A stretch of 21,664 nt of DNA from Candidatus Hydrogenedentota bacterium (GTDB lineage Bacteria; Hydrogenedentota; Hydrogenedentia; Hydrogenedentales; SLHB01), in the NCBI GenBank assembly GCA_029974275.1, contig JARKSN010000060.1, positions 1 through 21,664 on the forward strand, given 5' to 3'. Shown one piece after another: positions 18,461-21,664 of this stretch. Made by a program: the position numbers and the translations under genes. Within the stretch, counting starts at the first letter, position 1, and the number at the start of each line of letters is the position of its first letter. The notes under the pieces are model-generated. The model ran no database searches and was not told where the DNA came from. It was given only the letters and a program-made list of their open reading frames with translations.

Positions 18461-19459
18461 TCAGGGACCGTGCGCGCGCCAGCGGGACCGCACAAGCGGC
18501 GATGGCTCCCGGCGCAATTCATGCAGAACAATCTCAGGGGGACAGAAAAAACGCACGGGAATCCCGCACGCGCCCGTTCCCCGCGAAGTATAGCCAATCA
18601 TGTCGTGATAGGACCAAAGTCCTGCCGTCATCCGGTGGGGGCTCTTGCTGTTATGGATGATAGCCACTCCCCCCGGAAGACAAACCTGACCTCCGTGCGT
18701 GTGCCCGCACAACATCATGTCAAACCCGCAGGCCGCGGCTACCTTGTACGTCTCCGGCGAATGCGAAAGCAGCAACGAAAACCCATCGTGAGGAATGCCG
18801 TCGCAGGCCTTCTCGAAATTATCCGTCCGGTAAATATGCGGATCGTCCACGCCCGCAACGTAGACCGTGGATCCTTCTCGCTCGATGGGGACATTCTCGT
18901 TCAATAAGAAGCGGTACCCCATCCGCTCCAACGCCGGCGCCATCTCGATAAAATCGTGATTCCCCAGCACCGCCAATACCGGCCCCTTGAGATGCCGCCG
19001 GATCTTTTCCATCTCGCGCACGGACGTCTCGAATTCCCCAATCGTGCTGGCGCGGTAATCCCCCGTCAGCACGCACAAATCATACTCCAGCCCACGCAAT
19101 TTCGCTATCAGCCGGTCCGTCAGCGCCAAATCTCGGTCCAAATCAATATGCAGATCACTCAAATGCAACACCCGAAACCCGTGGAACGCCTCGGGAAGCC
19201 GTTCCGAGGCAAGAACGCTCCGCCGAACCTGAACATCCAGGTAATTGCGCTTGCCCAGAAATATCAGCCCAGAAAAACGAAGGAAATGGTAGAACGAATT
19301 GTGCAGCCACGGCATGTTCTCGATATGAAATAACGTCGTGCCCACAGAAAACATGTTCGCGGCGCGATGGAGCTGGAAATACACCCGCTGCCGATAGAGC
19401 GTTGGACCTATCCGCTGTTTGATCCGCTCCATCGCTTCCTCATCCAAAAGCGTTTCCAT
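18461..19459 (-). CDS. Calcineurin-like metallophosphoesterase (YkuE/YaeI-type)
   Basis: HLSDLH, LTGDY, VLGNHD, LSHSP, GHTHGGQ, SRGTG...PVRFFCPPEI. Confidence 0.92.
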   Translation of the reverse strand: METLLDEEAMERIKQRIGPTLYRQRVYFQLHRAANMFSVGTTLFHIENMPWLHNSFYHFLRFSGLIFLGKRNYLDVQVRRSVLASERLPEAFHGFRVLHLSDLHIDLDRDLALTDRLIAKLRGLEYDLCVLTGDYRASTIGEFETSVREMEKIRRHLKGPVLAVLGNHDFIEMAPALERMGYRFLLNENVPIEREGSTVYVAGVDDPHIYRTDNFEKACDGIPHDGFSLLLSHSPETYKVAAACGFDMMLCGHTHGGQVCLPGGVAIIHNSKSPHRMTAGLWSYHDMIGYTSRGTGACGIPVRFFCPPEIVLHELRREPSPLVRSRWRAHGP

Positions 19460-19566
19460 GCGCGCAGTAGACCATACTCGCGCGTTGCATGCAAATGATC
19501 GGGCATATCACCCAAAACGACGCCTTTGTCTACGAAGACTTTATTCGTACTTTCGCGCCATCATTG

Positions 19567-19575
19567 TGGTATACT
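19567..19575 (+). promoter_or_regulatory. Putative extended -10 promoter element for the PilZ gene
   Basis: TGGTATACT (TGn-TATACT) about 30 nt upstream of ATG 19606. No convincing -35 box. Confidence 0.45.
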
Positions 19576-19605
19576 TTGCACGAATACGCGAGAAAAGGGG
19601 GGATA

Positions 19606-20691
19606 ATGAGCAAAGAGAGCATGCCTTCGTTGGAAATGTTGCTGCGCGTGGGCGATATGGTTCTGGTTCAGCCCGTGCGCAGGCAGGATACGGGAATTCG
19701 CTGCAAGGCCCATGTAATCGGGTGGGAGCCGCGTGAATATCTCTTGCTGGAATCATCGCCGTTTGACAGCAACGTCCAGTTCATTCGACGCGGCACCCAA
19801 TGCATCACGCGATTCGTGTCGGAAGGCCGAGTCTGCGGGTTTCACAGCGCCATCTTGGAAACGCAGCGATGGGGCGACAAACCTTACTTCCGCGTGCAAT
19901 GGCCCGATGGATTCGAAACGGTGCAAATCCGTCAGCACGAACGCGTCTCCATGAACCTGCCCTGTCATCTTTCCGGAGAAGATAGCGAGACCGACGGATA
20001 TCTCTGCGACCTCAGCCTTTCCGGTTGTCGCGTCATTTCGCCCGACGCCTATCCCATGAATGCCATCGTGCGGCTTTCCTTCACCTTAAGCGACGGCACG
20101 CCCATCTCGCTCGCCTCGGGCGAAATCAAAAACGTCACCCACACCCATCAGGAGTGCATGCTCGGAATCGCGTTTCTGGAGGAAGACCTGTACCTTCGCG
20201 GCGAACTCGCGTTCTACCTCGCCACAGCCTTTGGCCGACAACGCGTCGGCGTGCCGCGTCCGAAAACCGTCCTGCTGATCGCGGACTCCGATCCTTCGCA
20301 CAAAGCCTTAGCGTCTGATCTCCATCAGACCGGATATCCGGCACTCCTCGCACACAGCATTGTCGACGGATTGGGGCGCCTACGCGCCTCAGTGCCCGAT
20401 CTTCTCCTGATACAAACGAACCTCAACCCCAGGCCCGGAAAAGAGATATGCGCCATGATCCGCTCAGACATGGCCTACCAAACCCTTCCCATCTTTTTGT
20501 TCGGCCCGGAAATGACCGAATCCATCGCGAAAGCAAGCGGCGCCGACGATCACTTTCCGTCCCTGCCTCCCTTCGAGGATATCGTGAACAGACTGGAGCG
20601 GATGTGCCGGACACATAGTCCTTCCCTGGCCGATGAGACGCAACCTATCGAACATGCCGCCCACCAATCCAGCGCCGAAACCGTGGGATGA
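19606..20691 (+). CDS. YcgR-like (PilZN + PilZ) c-di-GMP receptor with a C-terminal degenerate receiver domain
   Basis: N-terminal barrel (VIGWEPREYLLL...RFVSEGRVCGF), RxxxR motif RQHER (19930-19944), DxSxxG motif DLSLSG (20008-20025), and REC-like KTVLLIAD...PDLLLIQ...GKEICAMIRSD...LPIFLF...GADDHF. ATG 19606 follows AAGGGGGG. Confidence 0.85.
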   Translation: MSKESMPSLEMLLRVGDMVLVQPVRRQDTGIRCKAHVIGWEPREYLLLESSPFDSNVQFIRRGTQCITRFVSEGRVCGFHSAILETQRWGDKPYFRVQWPDGFETVQIRQHERVSMNLPCHLSGEDSETDGYLCDLSLSGCRVISPDAYPMNAIVRLSFTLSDGTPISLASGEIKNVTHTHQECMLGIAFLEEDLYLRGELAFYLATAFGRQRVGVPRPKTVLLIADSDPSHKALASDLHQTGYPALLAHSIVDGLGRLRASVPDLLLIQTNLNPRPGKEICAMIRSDMAYQTLPIFLFGPEMTESIAKASGADDHFPSLPPFEDIVNRLERMCRTHSPSLADETQPIEHAAHQSSAETVG

Positions 20692-20849
20692 CGCGGATGT
20701 CTTGATCGCGATTCTTCGATGCGCTTCACGGAAAGATAGCTTAGATAGCCTTATAATCCAGTGTTATGCGCGCCAGAACCGTGCGCGCGCGAAAAAACTC
20801 ACACGGGAAGACGCGCGCTATGGGCGAGAAATGCGGCGAACAGGATGGA

Positions 20850-21326
20850 TCAATCGAAGCCCGTGGACTCGTCGAACATGTTCGCTTCTCCTTCCTTCTG
20901 GCGAGCGACATGCAGGATTTTCCGGCGCGCTTTCTTGGCGGCATCCGATTCGGGGGCCGCTTGAATGGCCCGCTGCCAATAGGAGACCGCTTCGGGGCGT
21001 CGTCCTTGCCGGTAAATGGCATACCCCAAATACGTATACCCCATGGCGCAGTCCGGATCCGTGGTAATGGCTTGCCGAAAACACACTTCAGCTTGGGCAT
21101 AATTCTTGAAATTGTAAAAATCACGCCCAAGACGCAACAACTGGATTGCTTCCTTGCGGCTTTGCAGCGAAACCCTCCCTTTATTTGACAAAAGGATGCG
21201 CTTGGTGTCGTCCCACGTCGATTCCAGCGCCTCGCTCCAGGATTCATCCCCCGATTTCACTCGGCAAGCATGCTCTTTCACATGTTGGGCAAATCGCTTG
21301 ATTCGTTTTTTCAAACCTTGGGTCAT
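20850..21326 (-). CDS. Small tetratricopeptide-repeat protein
   Basis: Two TPR-like units: LGRDFYNFKNYAQAEVCFRQAITTDP and AMGYTYLGYAIYRQGRRPEAVSYWQRAIQAAP. GGAG lies close before the ATG. Confidence 0.85.
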   Translation of the reverse strand: MTQGLKKRIKRFAQHVKEHACRVKSGDESWSEALESTWDDTKRILLSNKGRVSLQSRKEAIQLLRLGRDFYNFKNYAQAEVCFRQAITTDPDCAMGYTYLGYAIYRQGRRPEAVSYWQRAIQAAPESDAAKKARRKILHVARQKEGEANMFDESTGFD

Positions 21327-21439
21327 GCTCCGCCTCGTCTGTTAGCCGGAGGGCGCGCGCAATATTCCCGCGCGTCCATATCAGCCCAAAACGTCTTTGT
21401 CTGTGCACTCACTATCCCCGCGCCGATGCGCCATATCTT

Positions 21440-21469
21440 ATTCTAGCATCTTTCCTTCCCGTTTGGCAA
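21440..21469 (-). promoter_or_regulatory. Putative sigma70 promoter for the TPR gene
   Basis: Minus strand reads TTGCCA-N18-TAGAAT with an extended -10 (TGC-TAGAAT). Confidence 0.6.
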
Positions 21470-21664
21470 TTTTCACAGTAGTTGTCCGTTATGGCGCTAC
21501 TATTCAGATTATTCGCTTGAAAACAGTGTAGTGTAAATCTTTCCTACTTCATTAGGTGACTCCAGACTGTCTACAGCACTTTTCGGTGATCGTGGAAAAA
21601 TTGCGACCGGAGTATCTTTCTATTTCCGACATCCCTGAGTATATCATATCTTTATATAAAAATT

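Noticed and set aside
1..21664. CRISPR array, tRNA/rRNA, transposase/integrase, phage or defence genes
   Set aside because: No regularly spaced repeats or such motifs were seen. Internal intergenic gaps are all 170 nt or less, and coding space is explained by the listed genes.

Overview
GC-rich bacterial chromosomal window with 18 supported coding regions, 15 of them on the minus strand. It is dominated by cell-envelope/Kdo-LPS functions: kdsD-kdsA translationally coupled and followed by a divergent DHDPS/N-acetylneuraminate-lyase-family aldolase, a KdkA-like Kdo kinase in tandem with a second Kdo/WaaP-family kinase and a SAM methyltransferase, two GT-C-type membrane glycosyltransferases (YfhO-like and ArnT/PMT-like) and a CgeB-like glycosyltransferase. 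Also present are a sugar ABC importer whose binding protein is fused to a permease (no ATPase in the window), a NagD-like HAD phosphatase, a metallophosphoesterase, a MoxR ATPase plus a DUF58 gene interrupted by an in-frame TAG, a TPR protein, and two unusual signalling proteins (a Cache sensor ending in a Cys/His motif domain with no enzymatic output, and a PilZ protein with a pseudo-receiver). I saw no rRNA, tRNA, CRISPR array or mobile element. All family calls come from motif recognition by eye; no database searches were run.
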